Made by a program: the position numbers and the translations under genes
In this document: piece by piece, positions 9,242 to 20,221 of the stretch
Layout of the letters: every line of letters begins with the position of its first letter
How positions within the stretch are numbered: position 1 is the stretch's first letter
NCBI GenBank assembly: GCA_012274205.1
Contig: JAAOZY010000130.1
Location: 1-32,823, forward strand
Reading direction: 5' to 3'
Source of the DNA: Betaproteobacteria bacterium
Lineage (GTDB): Bacteria > Pseudomonadota > Gammaproteobacteria > Burkholderiales > SG8-39
DNA: 32,823 nucleotides
The notes under the pieces: generated by a model
Databases searched by the model: none
What the model saw: the letters and a program-made list of their open reading frames with translations, nothing else
What the model was told of the DNA's origin: nothing

Positions 9242-9961
9242 ATGAGTTCCCCTGATTCGAATCCGACCTTTTCGCTGGTCGGGCAGATGCTGCGCACGCC
9301 CGAGGAAATCGCGCGCGTCCTCAACTCGCTGGTGATGCGCGGCGAACCGATCGTTTCCGCCCTCAGCGGGGGCAAGCTGCTGTTCCGCTCGCGGCTGCGC
9401 TTCGTCGATCCGGGGAAGGCCTATGTCATCGTCGAGCTCGGTCCGGATGAGGCAGCCAACCGGGCGCTGCTGTCGCGGCCGCGTGCGACCTTTCACGCCG
9501 AACCCGGCGGCTGGCGCGTGGAGTTCGCCGCAGCCAATCCCAGGCCGACCGGCGCGCATGAGGGCGCCGCGGGAATCAGGCTGCGCTTTCCCGAAATCGT
9601 CGCCGGCCACCGACGGCGGGAAAACGAGCGCGCCGCGATTCCACCGCAGCATGAGCTGCGCTGCATCGTGGACGAAGCCGGCGTCATGCCCTTCGACGGC
9701 ACCATGGCCAACGTGAGCAAGGGCGGGATCGGCTTTTTGCAGTACGATCCGGAAATCAGCCTCGAGCCCGGCACGGTGCTCAAGGGCTGCCGCATCGAGA
9801 GCCCGGGCAAGGCTTCGATGGTGGTCGACATGGAAGTGCGCTACTCGCAGCTGCTGACCCTCGCCGACGGCAGGCAGGTGCAAAGCTCGGGCTGCCGCTT
9901 CCTCAATCTCTCGCCGGAAGAGACGGCGCGCATCGAAGAGCTGTGCGGACTGAAGACCTGA
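9242..9961 (+). CDS. YcgR-like flagellar brake / PilZ-domain c-di-GMP receptor
   Basis: N-terminal EIARVL-type YcgR-N domain; RRENER (RxxxR) and NVSKGG ((D/N)xSxxG); C-terminal GCRF. Confidence 0.85.
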   Translation: MSSPDSNPTFSLVGQMLRTPEEIARVLNSLVMRGEPIVSALSGGKLLFRSRLRFVDPGKAYVIVELGPDEAANRALLSRPRATFHAEPGGWRVEFAAANPRPTGAHEGAAGIRLRFPEIVAGHRRRENERAAIPPQHELRCIVDEAGVMPFDGTMANVSKGGIGFLQYDPEISLEPGTVLKGCRIESPGKASMVVDMEVRYSQLLTLADGRQVQSSGCRFLNLSPEETARIEELCGLKT

Positions 9962-10002
9962 GCCGCGGCCGCGTACTTCCGCGCTGCCGCGCATCGCGCC
10001 GA

Positions 10003-10112
10003 GAACCCGTTGCAAAAATGAAATTTTGCAACGCCCAATATAGGGGAGTATGAGGGGAGGTCCCCCAGGGGGACTTCCTTTGGGGCGTATCCCCTCATTT
10101 TGCAACGGACTC
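10003..10112 (+). mobile_element. ~110 bp MITE-like repeat, copy 1
   Basis: Imperfect terminal inverted repeats GAACCCGTTGCAAAA ... TTTTGCAACGGACTC; near-identical to 12443-12551. Confidence 0.8.
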
Positions 10113-10127
10113 CAAGGAGACTGAAAC

Positions 10128-10886
10128 ATGAGTTCACACAACAGAGTTGCCATCGTCACCGGCGCCGGCACCGGCATCGGCAAGAGCGCCGCGCTGGCGC
10201 TGCTTAAGGACGGCTATCGTGTCGGGCTGGTCGGCCGGCGCCGGGAATTGCTCGAACGCACGGCGCAGGACGCCGGACCGGCGTCGCCAAATACGCTGGT
10301 GCTGCCGGCCGACATCGGCAAACCCGAGTCCGTCAAGGCACTGTTCGCGCAGGTGCGCGAAACCTGGGGCCGGCTGGACCTGCTGTTCAACAATGCGGGC
10401 ATGGGCGCGCCGGCGATCCCGATGGAGGAGCTCAGCTTCGAGCAGTGGAAGGCGGTGGTCGACGTCAACCTCAGCGGCATGTTCCTGTGCTCGCAGGAGG
10501 CGATAAAGATCATGAAGAGCCAGGATCCGCGCGGCGGGCGCATCATCAACAACGGTTCGATATCGGCGCATGCGCCGCGGCCGAATTCGGCGCCCTACAC
10601 CGCCACCAAGCACGCCGTCACCGGCCTCACCAAATGCATCTCGCTCGATTGCCGCAAGTATGACATCGCCTGCGGCCAGATCGACATCGGCAATGCCGCC
10701 ACCGAGATGACCGAGCGCATGAAGAACGGCGTGGCCCAGGCCAACGGCACGACCGCGGTCGAACCGCGCATGGATGTGGCGCATGTCGGCAGCGCCGTGC
10801 TCTACATGGCCAATCTGCCGCTGGATGCCAATGTGCAGTTCATGACCATCATGGCGACAAAGATGCCCTTCGTGGGGCGCGGTTGA
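10128..10886 (+). CDS. Short-chain dehydrogenase/reductase (SDR)
   Basis: [12 protein letters not shown], catalytic YTATK; AAGGAG RBS. Confidence 0.95.
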   Translation: MSSHNRVAIVTGAGTGIGKSAALALLKDGYRVGLVGRRRELLERTAQDAGPASPNTLVLPADIGKPESVKALFAQVRETWGRLDLLFNNAGMGAPAIPMEELSFEQWKAVVDVNLSGMFLCSQEAIKIMKSQDPRGGRIINNGSISAHAPRPNSAPYTATKHAVTGLTKCISLDCRKYDIACGQIDIGNAATEMTERMKNGVAQANGTTAVEPRMDVAHVGSAVLYMANLPLDANVQFMTIMATKMPFVGRG

Positions 10887-11341
10887 TGCCGGCGCCGCGA
10901 ATCGGCATGCCGACGCGCCGGGGCATCCTCGCGGCGCTGCTCGCCGCCGCATTCCCGGCCTGCGGCCTTGCGGCGGACCTGTCGCCGGGCCTGTGGGAAA
11001 TCACGCTGGAGACGCGCGTCGCGGACCAGCCCGGGTTCACACCTGAACCGTTTCGCCTGAAACAATGCCTCACCGCGGCCGACGCGAAAGACCCGAGCGC
11101 GCTCCTGGGCGGGCTCGGCAATCCGGGCGCCAGCGGCTGCAGCTATTCGGACAAGTCGTATTCGGGCAACACCTTCCGCTTCACGATGCAGTGCACGGGC
11201 AGCTTCGGCATACGCTCGCACGGTGAAGTGACGTTTTCGGCCGATACGATGAACGGCACCGTCTCCGCAAGCGCCAATGTCGGCGGCGAAAAAACCGAGC
11301 TGAGCAACCGCATCTCCGGGCGCCGCCTCGGCGGCTGCTGA
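10886..11341 (+). CDS. Exported DUF3617-like protein
   Basis: Signal peptide, PGLWEIT, QCLT, several Cys, C-terminal GRRLGGC. Confidence 0.8.
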   Translation: MPAPRIGMPTRRGILAALLAAAFPACGLAADLSPGLWEITLETRVADQPGFTPEPFRLKQCLTAADAKDPSALLGGLGNPGASGCSYSDKSYSGNTFRFTMQCTGSFGIRSHGEVTFSADTMNGTVSASANVGGEKTELSNRISGRRLGGC

Positions 11342-11527
11342 GCGCCTGGAACAGCTGGCGGAAATATCCCCGCCGGCTTCGGGCGGCGCTGCGGCGGGCG
11401 TGGACTGATGCCGGTTATTCTCGTATATTCCCGCGCGGCGCCAGCTGCGCCATGTCGCGCGAACGCCGCATGTTAGCATCGACGGGCGAGTCGACTGCAG
11501 CAAAAAAACGCTCGGCCATTGGGAAAA

Positions 11528-12442
11528 ATGTCACGCCAATCAGCAACGCTCGCGATACTGTTCGCCGACATCAGCGGCAGCACCAGGTTGTATGAAGCCC
11601 TGGGGAACAGCCGCGCGCGCCACATGGTGGTGCGCTGCCTTGCGCTGATGACCGACACCCTCAATGCGCACCGGGGCACGCTGATCAAGACCATAGGCGA
11701 CGAGATCATGTGCACCTTTCCCAGCGCGGATGCCGCATTGCGCGCCGCCTGCAATATGCAGGAAGCGGTGGAACGCGGGCGGCCCGGCGGCGAGACGCCG
11801 ACGTATGTGCGCGTCGGATTCAGCTACGGCGAGGTGCTGCGCGAAGGCAAGGACGTGCACGGCGACGTGGTCAACGTGGCGGCGCGGATTACCGAAGTTG
11901 CGCGCGCGCGCCAGATTCTCGCGACGCACTCCGCGGTCGACGCGCTGTCGGCGCAGCTGCGCGACCGGGCGCAGCATGTCCGCAGGGCGAGCATCAAGGG
12001 CAGGCAGGCGCAGCTCGATCTGTTCCAGATTGCATGGCGTGCGGAAGCCGGTTCGGACACGCGCATCGGCAACCCGGCCGACCGCAAGCCCGAGGGCCTG
12101 GAGGAGCAGCTCGTCCTGCGCCATGGCGATCATCAGGTCACGCTGAGCGAGCGCAATACCACGGCGACCCTCGGCTCCGGCGCAGGCTGCTCCATCGTGG
12201 TGCGGGACGACCTGGCCTCCGCCCTGCATGCAACGGTGGAATATCAGCTGGGGAAATTCTTCGTCTCGGACCACAGCGCCAATGGAACCTACGTGCATTT
12301 CAGCGGCGGCGAGGGCGTGCGCCTGGTCGGCAACGAAACCCTGCTGCGCGGTTCGGGCGCAATCGTGCTGGGACGGCCCTTGTCCGGCGGTTCCGCAAAA
12401 ATCATCGGCTTCGCGGTACACCTGACCCCGACCGCCGGCTAG
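11528..12442 (+). CDS. Class III adenylate/guanylate cyclase with C-terminal FHA-like domain
   Basis: ILFADISGST, IKTIGDEIM, GDVVNVAARI, IKG; FHA-like SALH ... SANGTYV. Confidence 0.9.
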   Translation: MSRQSATLAILFADISGSTRLYEALGNSRARHMVVRCLALMTDTLNAHRGTLIKTIGDEIMCTFPSADAALRAACNMQEAVERGRPGGETPTYVRVGFSYGEVLREGKDVHGDVVNVAARITEVARARQILATHSAVDALSAQLRDRAQHVRRASIKGRQAQLDLFQIAWRAEAGSDTRIGNPADRKPEGLEEQLVLRHGDHQVTLSERNTTATLGSGAGCSIVVRDDLASALHATVEYQLGKFFVSDHSANGTYVHFSGGEGVRLVGNETLLRGSGAIVLGRPLSGGSAKIIGFAVHLTPTAG

Positions 12443-12551
12443 GAATCCGTTGCGAAATGAAATTTTGCAACGGCTGATATAGGGGAGTATGAGGGGAGGT
12501 CCCCCAAGGGGACTTCCTTCGGGGCGTATCCCCTCATGATGCAACAGACTC
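12443..12551 (+). mobile_element. ~110 bp MITE-like repeat, copy 2
   Basis: GAATCCGTTGCGAAA ... GATGCAACAGACTC; abuts the TAG stop at 12440-12442; lies between convergent genes. Confidence 0.8.
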
Positions 12552-12570
12552 TGACGCGCACAGGCACGCC

Positions 12571-14235
<1,665 letters not shown>

Positions 14236-14321
14236 GAGTGCTTTCGCTGCGGGACTGAGATGGACTGCTTCGAGTCCGGTATTCTACGTGCTTCGTTCCA
14301 ACGCGTGCGAGGCGATCCGCC

Positions 14322-14765
14322 ATGAATCGATATGCCCTCGCCGGGCGCTTGCTGGTCGCTGCGCAGTTTGCGCTGATCGGCTGGCTGATCTGGCCGTTCA
14401 CGCCGCAGGCGTGGTCGCTGCCGGCGCTCGCGCTGCTCGGCTGCGCGGTGGTTCTCGGCCTGTGGACGCTCCTCCACAACCGTCCCGGCAATTTCAATAT
14501 CCGCCCCGAACCGAAGGCTTCTGCACAACTGGTCACCGGCGGTCCGTACCGGTATATGCGCAACCCCATGTATTCCGCCGTGCTGCTGTTCGCGGCCGCC
14601 GAGGTGCTGGCCTATCGCGACCTGTGGAAAATCGCCTGCTGGGTCGCGCTCGCGTTGGTGCTGCTCGCCAAGGCGCTGCTGGAAGAGCGCGGCTTGCGCG
14701 CGCTGTTTCCCGGCTACGCCGCCTACGCCAGGCGCGTGCGCCGATTCATCCCCGGCGTGTTCTGA
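14322..14765 (+). CDS. Isoprenylcysteine carboxylmethyltransferase/PEMT family membrane protein
   Basis: LVTGGPYRYMRNPMY, EE..L...F..Y..Y...V.RFIP. Confidence 0.9.
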   Translation: MNRYALAGRLLVAAQFALIGWLIWPFTPQAWSLPALALLGCAVVLGLWTLLHNRPGNFNIRPEPKASAQLVTGGPYRYMRNPMYSAVLLFAAAEVLAYRDLWKIACWVALALVLLAKALLEERGLRALFPGYAAYARRVRRFIPGVF

Positions 14766-14868
14766 GCGAACGCCGCTGAACGCATCCGCAGCGTCCGGCG
14801 TCTTCACCCTCGCCCACCGGCCCATCCTGTCGCGGCCGCGTGCGCACGGCAGGCCTGGTTGAGGCCGC

Positions 14869-16233
14869 TCAGTAGTCGTACTGCAGGCTGAGATAATACC
14901 GGTCTGCGGAAGGTGCCGGCATCTGGCCGAACGCCGCCCGGGGCCCGGTGGGACGTACCGACGCAGGTTCTGAGCGAAACTGACCGAACACCGCCGCAAT
15001 CGACATGGATTCGTTGATGCGATAAGCGAGCGCGAAATCCCACTCGGTACCCAGCGCGGCCCCGCCAAAATCCGCTTTGAACCGGTGATGCTTCAGCTTC
15101 AGGTCCAGCCGGCCGAACACGGCTCCAAGCGACGCATTGAGGTCGCGCACGCCCACGGCGGGAGTGGTGAAGAAGCTGTAGGCCCATCCCTGAAAATTGT
15201 TGTACGACAGCGGCGTCTGGAACCCATAGAGGCCCTGGTTGCTGCCCAGGCGCTCGTAATTGAGCTGCGTGCTGTAGCCGCGCCAGCTCGGCCCCAGGGC
15301 CAGGCGTTGATAGGAGGCGCGAATACGCTGATCTCCGCCGGCATAGGGACGCTGCTGCGCGGCCTCCGCCGTGTAGTACCAGCTCAATCCGTTCGCCGCT
15401 GGCGTGTTTCCTTCCAGGCGCGCGCCCAGGATGCGATTCGAGTTGTCCGCGAGTCCGGTGCCGTTGTTGATTTGCGGCTGGTCCTGGAAATATCCATACA
15501 CCCCGGCGCTCAACCCGAACCCGCTCAAAACACGGGCATTGAGCAAAGTCGTGCGCGTCTGAAACCGGTTCCCGAAATACGTTCGCACGTGCCACGCCTG
15601 CACCGCGTTGATCTCGGTGTCGGGAATGCCGGTGTAGCGCGCCGAAATGGCGTCGAATACCTGCGGCATCTGGCGCACGTCCGCGCTGCCGACAAAGCGC
15701 TCGTTGTCGAGCTTGATCATCTGCCGGCCCAGTCGAATCCGCAGATCCCCTACGCCGAGATAGTCGGCGTAAAGCAGATTGACATCGGACTTGTCGGGGT
15801 CGCCAACCAGCGGATACTCGGAGAGAAAATCTCCCGGCGTGTTCGAGGCCCGCTTCGGCTCCAGCCAGCTGACGTCGACCAGTTGAGCGGCGAATGCGAA
15901 GTCGCCGATCGGCGCAGTCTGGTACCCGAGCAGCATGCGCATGTTCACGGCCCGCGCCGGTTCCGCTTTGCTGGATTGATCGACATAGGAATAGCGCGGA
16001 CGCAGCTGAAGGAGCGCGCGTCCCGGCAAGCCTGCGCCGCCGTCGGTCCGGGGCTGCATCCCCGCCGGCTGGTCCTGCTCCGCCAACGCGCCGATTTGTG
16101 CTGCGGGCGCAACGACAGTTGATTCGCCGCCCGTCTGGCACAGACCGACACCGGGACCGGAGCCGATCACGACGCCGGCCAAGGCCGCCACCAGTCTGCG
16201 TTGTGTCGCCGCCGGGCGGGTCGAATGCTTCAT
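14869..16233 (-). CDS. Outer-membrane beta-barrel, alginate export (AlgE-like) family
   Basis: Signal peptide; LRPRY, GRQMIKLDNERFVG, FQTPL...FQGWA; amphipathic beta strands; C-terminal aromatic LQYDY. Start trimmed to ATG 16233. Confidence 0.8.
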   Translation of the reverse strand: MKHSTRPAATQRRLVAALAGVVIGSGPGVGLCQTGGESTVVAPAAQIGALAEQDQPAGMQPRTDGGAGLPGRALLQLRPRYSYVDQSSKAEPARAVNMRMLLGYQTAPIGDFAFAAQLVDVSWLEPKRASNTPGDFLSEYPLVGDPDKSDVNLLYADYLGVGDLRIRLGRQMIKLDNERFVGSADVRQMPQVFDAISARYTGIPDTEINAVQAWHVRTYFGNRFQTRTTLLNARVLSGFGLSAGVYGYFQDQPQINNGTGLADNSNRILGARLEGNTPAANGLSWYYTAEAAQQRPYAGGDQRIRASYQRLALGPSWRGYSTQLNYERLGSNQGLYGFQTPLSYNNFQGWAYSFFTTPAVGVRDLNASLGAVFGRLDLKLKHHRFKADFGGAALGTEWDFALAYRINESMSIAAVFGQFRSEPASVRPTGPRAAFGQMPAPSADRYYLSLQYDY

Positions 16234-16240
16234 GGGTAAT

Positions 16241-16942
16241 CTAGGTTCCCGCCGCAGTGCAGATTTGCGCATCCCCGGGCCACTCCTGTCCCTTGAACAG
16301 CGAATAACGCATGGGATCCAGCGGCGGCGCCTTCGGCTGCGTCCTGATCGCCACCGGCAGGCGGTGATCGATGGTCCTGGATTCATTGGCGCCAAGTGCG
16401 ACGCTTTGCAGCGGCATCGGCTCGCGCATGCCCGGATACCACACCATCAATTCATGTGTCCCGGCGGCAAGCGAGGACAGGTGCACGACACCGTCCGTTC
16501 CGCTCTTCCCGAAAACCGGCGTTTCAGTCACCAGGATATACGCCAGCATCCAATCGTGAACATTGCATCCCAGCGCGACCACCCCGGCCTTGTCGAACAC
16601 GATCGGCGCGGCCGGCGTGCCTTTGTATAGTTTGATCTCGAAGCGCTTGGCCGGCGAGAACGAGTAGACGTGATGCAGCATCGGGTCCTCGTTCGGAAAG
16701 GAAATCGCCGCGCCCTTTTCCACGACGGTGACGAACGGATCGAAGAGCCGGTTGCGCTGGACGATGGTTTCGCGCTTCCTGGGGGCAGCGGAGCCCCTGG
16801 CGGCCGTCGCCCCGGGATCGAATACCACCGCGTCAGCAAGCGCCGCCCCGGCCGCGTTGCTCAGGCGGATAGTCAGCTCGGCGGCACAAAGATTCGCGCA
16901 CAGGCCGAGCAGTATTGCGGCCAAGCCGCTGTTGCGCCACAT
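16241..16942 (-). CDS. Periplasmic cupredoxin-like protein (often annotated 'methylamine utilization protein')
   Basis: Signal peptide, FPNEDPMLHHVYSFS, GCNVHDWM (H...CxxHxxM). Confidence 0.85.
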   Translation of the reverse strand: MWRNSGLAAILLGLCANLCAAELTIRLSNAAGAALADAVVFDPGATAARGSAAPRKRETIVQRNRLFDPFVTVVEKGAAISFPNEDPMLHHVYSFSPAKRFEIKLYKGTPAAPIVFDKAGVVALGCNVHDWMLAYILVTETPVFGKSGTDGVVHLSSLAAGTHELMVWYPGMREPMPLQSVALGANESRTIDHRLPVAIRTQPKAPPLDPMRYSLFKGQEWPGDAQICTAAGT

Positions 16943-17073
16943 TTGGCAGCTACTCCTGACGCCCCCGCTGCATGGCGGTAAGCGCCGATCAAAAACACAC
17001 GCCCATATTGTAGCCGATTGATCGGCGTTGCCCCGCGCAAGCGACGCGAGAGGGAGATCCGTCCCGCGGCGTT

Positions 17074-18819
17074 CTAGCCGGAGTGGAACTCGCTTTCCGC
17101 AGCCGGCTCCTCGCCGGCACTTGCGGATTCAGCCTCGACGATCGCGTGCAGCATGACCTGCTCCTGCCTCCCGCGAATCTCGACCAGGCCGAGGGATCGC
17201 GTGTTGAAGCTGCGCTTGGCGGTGCGCACGGTTGCGTCCGTCGCGATAATTCGTGCGTGATATTCCTTGCGCTTGGTCAGGCCTTCGATCCGCGCCGCCA
17301 GATTGACCCCGTCGCCAATGACCGTGTAGTTGTAGCGGCTCGGGCTGCCCATGTTGCCCGCCACCATTACCCCGGTGTTGATGCCTATGCCGATATCGAG
17401 CCGGGGAAGCCCCTGCTCGGCAAACACATCATTGAGCTGCTCCAGGGCAGCTCTCATATCCAGCGCCGCCTGCAGCGCGTTCCCGGCGTCATCCTCGCTT
17501 GCCGCCGGTGCGCCGAAGATCGCCATCACCCCGTCGCCGAGAAACTTGTCGACCATCCCGTGGTTCGCTTCGATCACCTCGCTCATTCGCGTGAAGTAGG
17601 TGTTGAGCAGCGAAACAACCTCCTGCGGCGATCGGCGCTCGGAAAAGGAGGTAAAGTTGCGCAGGTCGGAAAACAACACGGTGACCTGGCGATCCTCGCC
17701 TCCCAGGACCGCGCTCCCGGCGATCGCCTGCTCGGCCACAGCCCGCGGAACAAACCTGCCGAACAAATCGCGAACTTTGTCGCGCTCGGCCAGACCCTTG
17801 AGCATGCGATTGAACGCTGCAGCCAGTTCCCCGATCTCGTCCTGCTGGCGAACCTGCACCGCGTGGGTGTAATCGCCCCGCTCCACGCCCCGCGCGGCGT
17901 CGACCAGTGCGTGCACCGGCCGCGTCACGGTTCGCGCAACGAAAAACGCCCCGATCAGCGAAAGAACGAGCCCGCCGATAGACAGCCACAGGACGATATT
18001 TCGGACCTCCTGGAACGGTTTCAATTCCTCATCGACCGAGCGCTGCAGCAACACGTACACGCTGTCCCCGCCCTGCGAACCGATGCGCGTCGCAAAATTG
18101 AGCACCTCGCTGCCGTCGATATCACTTGCCACCACGCGCTCCTTCTCAATGGTTGCGGGGAGGAATTGCGCCAGCCTGGTCCGCGCCTCGGGCGGGAGCG
18201 ACGACGCAACCAGCGCGGGTCCGTGCGATCCGACATCGTAGAACGACACATCGAGCTTCAGAAGCTGTTGCATCGACTGCGCGAGCCGGTCGTCCAGCAC
18301 GAATCCCGCAACCAGCCACGCGATCGGATCGGGACCGAGCACTGGAGAAACGATCAACTGGTGCGGTCTGCCATCGAGTATGACCACTGCGGAGGCCTGG
18401 TGGTGCTGCTCGGCCTCTCGCACCAGTTGTCCCAGGCCCGCGGGATAGGCGCCGCGCATCGGATGCGTATCGACCAACACGCTGCGGTCCAGTGAAACCA
18501 GGATCATGATGTCCGCGCCAACGCGGCCACCCTGGTTTGCGAGCGCAGAACGAACGGTTACCTCGTCTCCCGTCGCAAACGCGGTCTTGAAGGCGAAATC
18601 AGACGAAAGGATGCGCACCGACTCGAGCAATTGAACGGTGCGCAGGTCCATCATGCGGCGGAAATTGCCGGCGCCCGCGGCCAGCGCCTGCTCGATCTGC
18701 GCCCGCGCATGACGCGTATTGATTGCGTCCACGGAGAAAAATACCAGGCCCTGCACCAGCAATATCAGGCCGACGAAGAAGAAGGCAATGCGGCTCTGGA
18801 AACTATGGAATTGAATCAT
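17074..18819 (-). CDS. Membrane class III adenylate cyclase (TM - periplasmic Cache-like - TM - HAMP - cyclase)
   Basis: Two TM helices; HAMP DEIGELAAAFNRM; VLFSDLRNFT, DKFLGDGVMA, YTVIGDGVNLAARIEG. Confidence 0.92.
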   Translation of the reverse strand: MIQFHSFQSRIAFFFVGLILLVQGLVFFSVDAINTRHARAQIEQALAAGAGNFRRMMDLRTVQLLESVRILSSDFAFKTAFATGDEVTVRSALANQGGRVGADIMILVSLDRSVLVDTHPMRGAYPAGLGQLVREAEQHHQASAVVILDGRPHQLIVSPVLGPDPIAWLVAGFVLDDRLAQSMQQLLKLDVSFYDVGSHGPALVASSLPPEARTRLAQFLPATIEKERVVASDIDGSEVLNFATRIGSQGGDSVYVLLQRSVDEELKPFQEVRNIVLWLSIGGLVLSLIGAFFVARTVTRPVHALVDAARGVERGDYTHAVQVRQQDEIGELAAAFNRMLKGLAERDKVRDLFGRFVPRAVAEQAIAGSAVLGGEDRQVTVLFSDLRNFTSFSERRSPQEVVSLLNTYFTRMSEVIEANHGMVDKFLGDGVMAIFGAPAASEDDAGNALQAALDMRAALEQLNDVFAEQGLPRLDIGIGINTGVMVAGNMGSPSRYNYTVIGDGVNLAARIEGLTKRKEYHARIIATDATVRTAKRSFNTRSLGLVEIRGRQEQVMLHAIVEAESASAGEEPAAESEFHSG

Positions 18820-18843
18820 TGCGCGGGGCCCGCCGGCGTTTGC

Positions 18844-19626
18844 CTAAACGAACTGGACCGAAATCGAACCCAGCGGCCCGAAATCGGCGCGCAGGGTGTC
18901 GCCTTTCGCCGCCCACACCGGCCGCGTGAACGATCCGGCGAGCACCACATGGCCCGGCTCCAGCGTGGTGCCGAAACTGCCCACTTTGTTGGCGAGCCAG
19001 GCTATGCCCATGGCCGGATGGCCGAGCACGCCCGCGGCCACCCCGGTTTCCTCGATTTCCGAATTCCGCGACAACAGCCCGCCGACCCAGCGCAGGTCCA
19101 CGTCCATCGGCCCCACGGGACGCCCGCCCATGACGATGCCGGCGGCGGCGCCGTTGTCGGAGACGGTGTCGAAGATCTTGCGCGGATTCTGCACGCGCGC
19201 GTCGATGATTTCGATCGCGGGCACCACGTATTCGGTCGCGCGCAGCACGTCCACCAGTCCCACGCCCGGCCCCTTTAACGGCTTGCCCAGCACGAAGGCG
19301 AGCTCGATTTCGACGCGCGGCACGATGAAACGCTCGAACGGAATTTTCGCGCCGTCGGCAATGAACATGTAGTCCATCAGGTGGCCGTAGTCCGGCTCGT
19401 CGATCTGCGAGGACTGCTGCATCGCCTTGGACGTGAGTCCGACTTTGTGCCCGCGAACCCTGTGTCCGGCGGCGACTTTGAGTCTGGTCACCTCGCTTTG
19501 AATCGCGTAGGCATCCTCGATGGTGATGCCGGGAAAGGTTTTGGACAGCTGCAGCGCGGGCTTGCGCTGCTGTTCCGCGTCGAGCAGGATTCGCGCTGCC
19601 TTGCTGCGGTCGGCCTTGGATAACAT
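18844..19626 (-). CDS. hpaH: 2-oxo-hept-4-ene-1,7-dioate hydratase-like (HpaH/HpcG, FAH family)
   Basis: [62 protein letters not shown]. Confidence 0.85.
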   Translation of the reverse strand: MLSKADRSKAARILLDAEQQRKPALQLSKTFPGITIEDAYAIQSEVTRLKVAAGHRVRGHKVGLTSKAMQQSSQIDEPDYGHLMDYMFIADGAKIPFERFIVPRVEIELAFVLGKPLKGPGVGLVDVLRATEYVVPAIEIIDARVQNPRKIFDTVSDNGAAAGIVMGGRPVGPMDVDLRWVGGLLSRNSEIEETGVAAGVLGHPAMGIAWLANKVGSFGTTLEPGHVVLAGSFTRPVWAAKGDTLRADFGPLGSISVQFV

Positions 19627-19839
19627 GATTTTCGCTTCCTCAGGTTGAATGTGTGATCGCGGACTGCTTCGAGCGCAATTCTATCCGGATTGGACGCCGG
19701 CGAAGCGGAACGGGCAGCCCGCGCGCCGGCCCGCTCAATGGCTGGTATCATGCGTGGCAGCTCGGAACATCCCCGGTATTTTTCGCAGGATCAGCGCATC
19801 TGCCACGCCAGAATTCCATCGCCCGCACCCAGGTACCCC

Positions 19840-20157
19840 ATGATCTTCGATCTGCGCATCTACACCTTCAAGCCCGGCATGCAGAACGCATGGCTCGCGA
19901 TGTACGAGCAACACGCCTATCCGCTGCAGCGGCGCTACCTGGGAAAGCCGGTGGTGTTCACCACCACCGAGGTCGGCCCGCTGAACCAGGTGGTGCACCT
20001 CTGGGCCTACGCCGACCAGGCCGAGCGCGAAACCAAGCGCGACGCGCTGCAGCAGGACCCGCAATGGCAGGCCTATCTCAAGTTGAACGCCGAATCAGGC
20101 TACATGCTGCACATGGAAAACCGCATCCTGCGCTCGACTTCGTTCTCGCCGCTGTAG
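19840..20157 (+). CDS. NIPSNAP family protein
   Basis: DLRIYTFKPG, EVGPLNQVVHLWAY, C-terminal SFSPL. Start trimmed to ATG 19840. Confidence 0.88.
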   Translation: MIFDLRIYTFKPGMQNAWLAMYEQHAYPLQRRYLGKPVVFTTTEVGPLNQVVHLWAYADQAERETKRDALQQDPQWQAYLKLNAESGYMLHMENRILRSTSFSPL

Positions 20158-20221
20158 CGCGGGCGCGAACCAGCGCCGCGGCTTCCCTTTTTGACCTTCG
20201 ATTTTCGACCGGAGAAATTGC

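Noticed and set aside
16241-16942. Methylamine utilisation (mau) or alginate biosynthesis function for the cupredoxin and barrel genes
   Set aside because: No mauAB/DE or alg genes nearby; the names are family labels only.
19752-19808. 9-bp inverted repeat GCGTGGCAG/CTGCCACGC upstream of NIPSNAP as a riboswitch
   Set aside because: No recognisable aptamer motif, and the left arm overlaps the likely TSS region after TATCAT (19746-19751).
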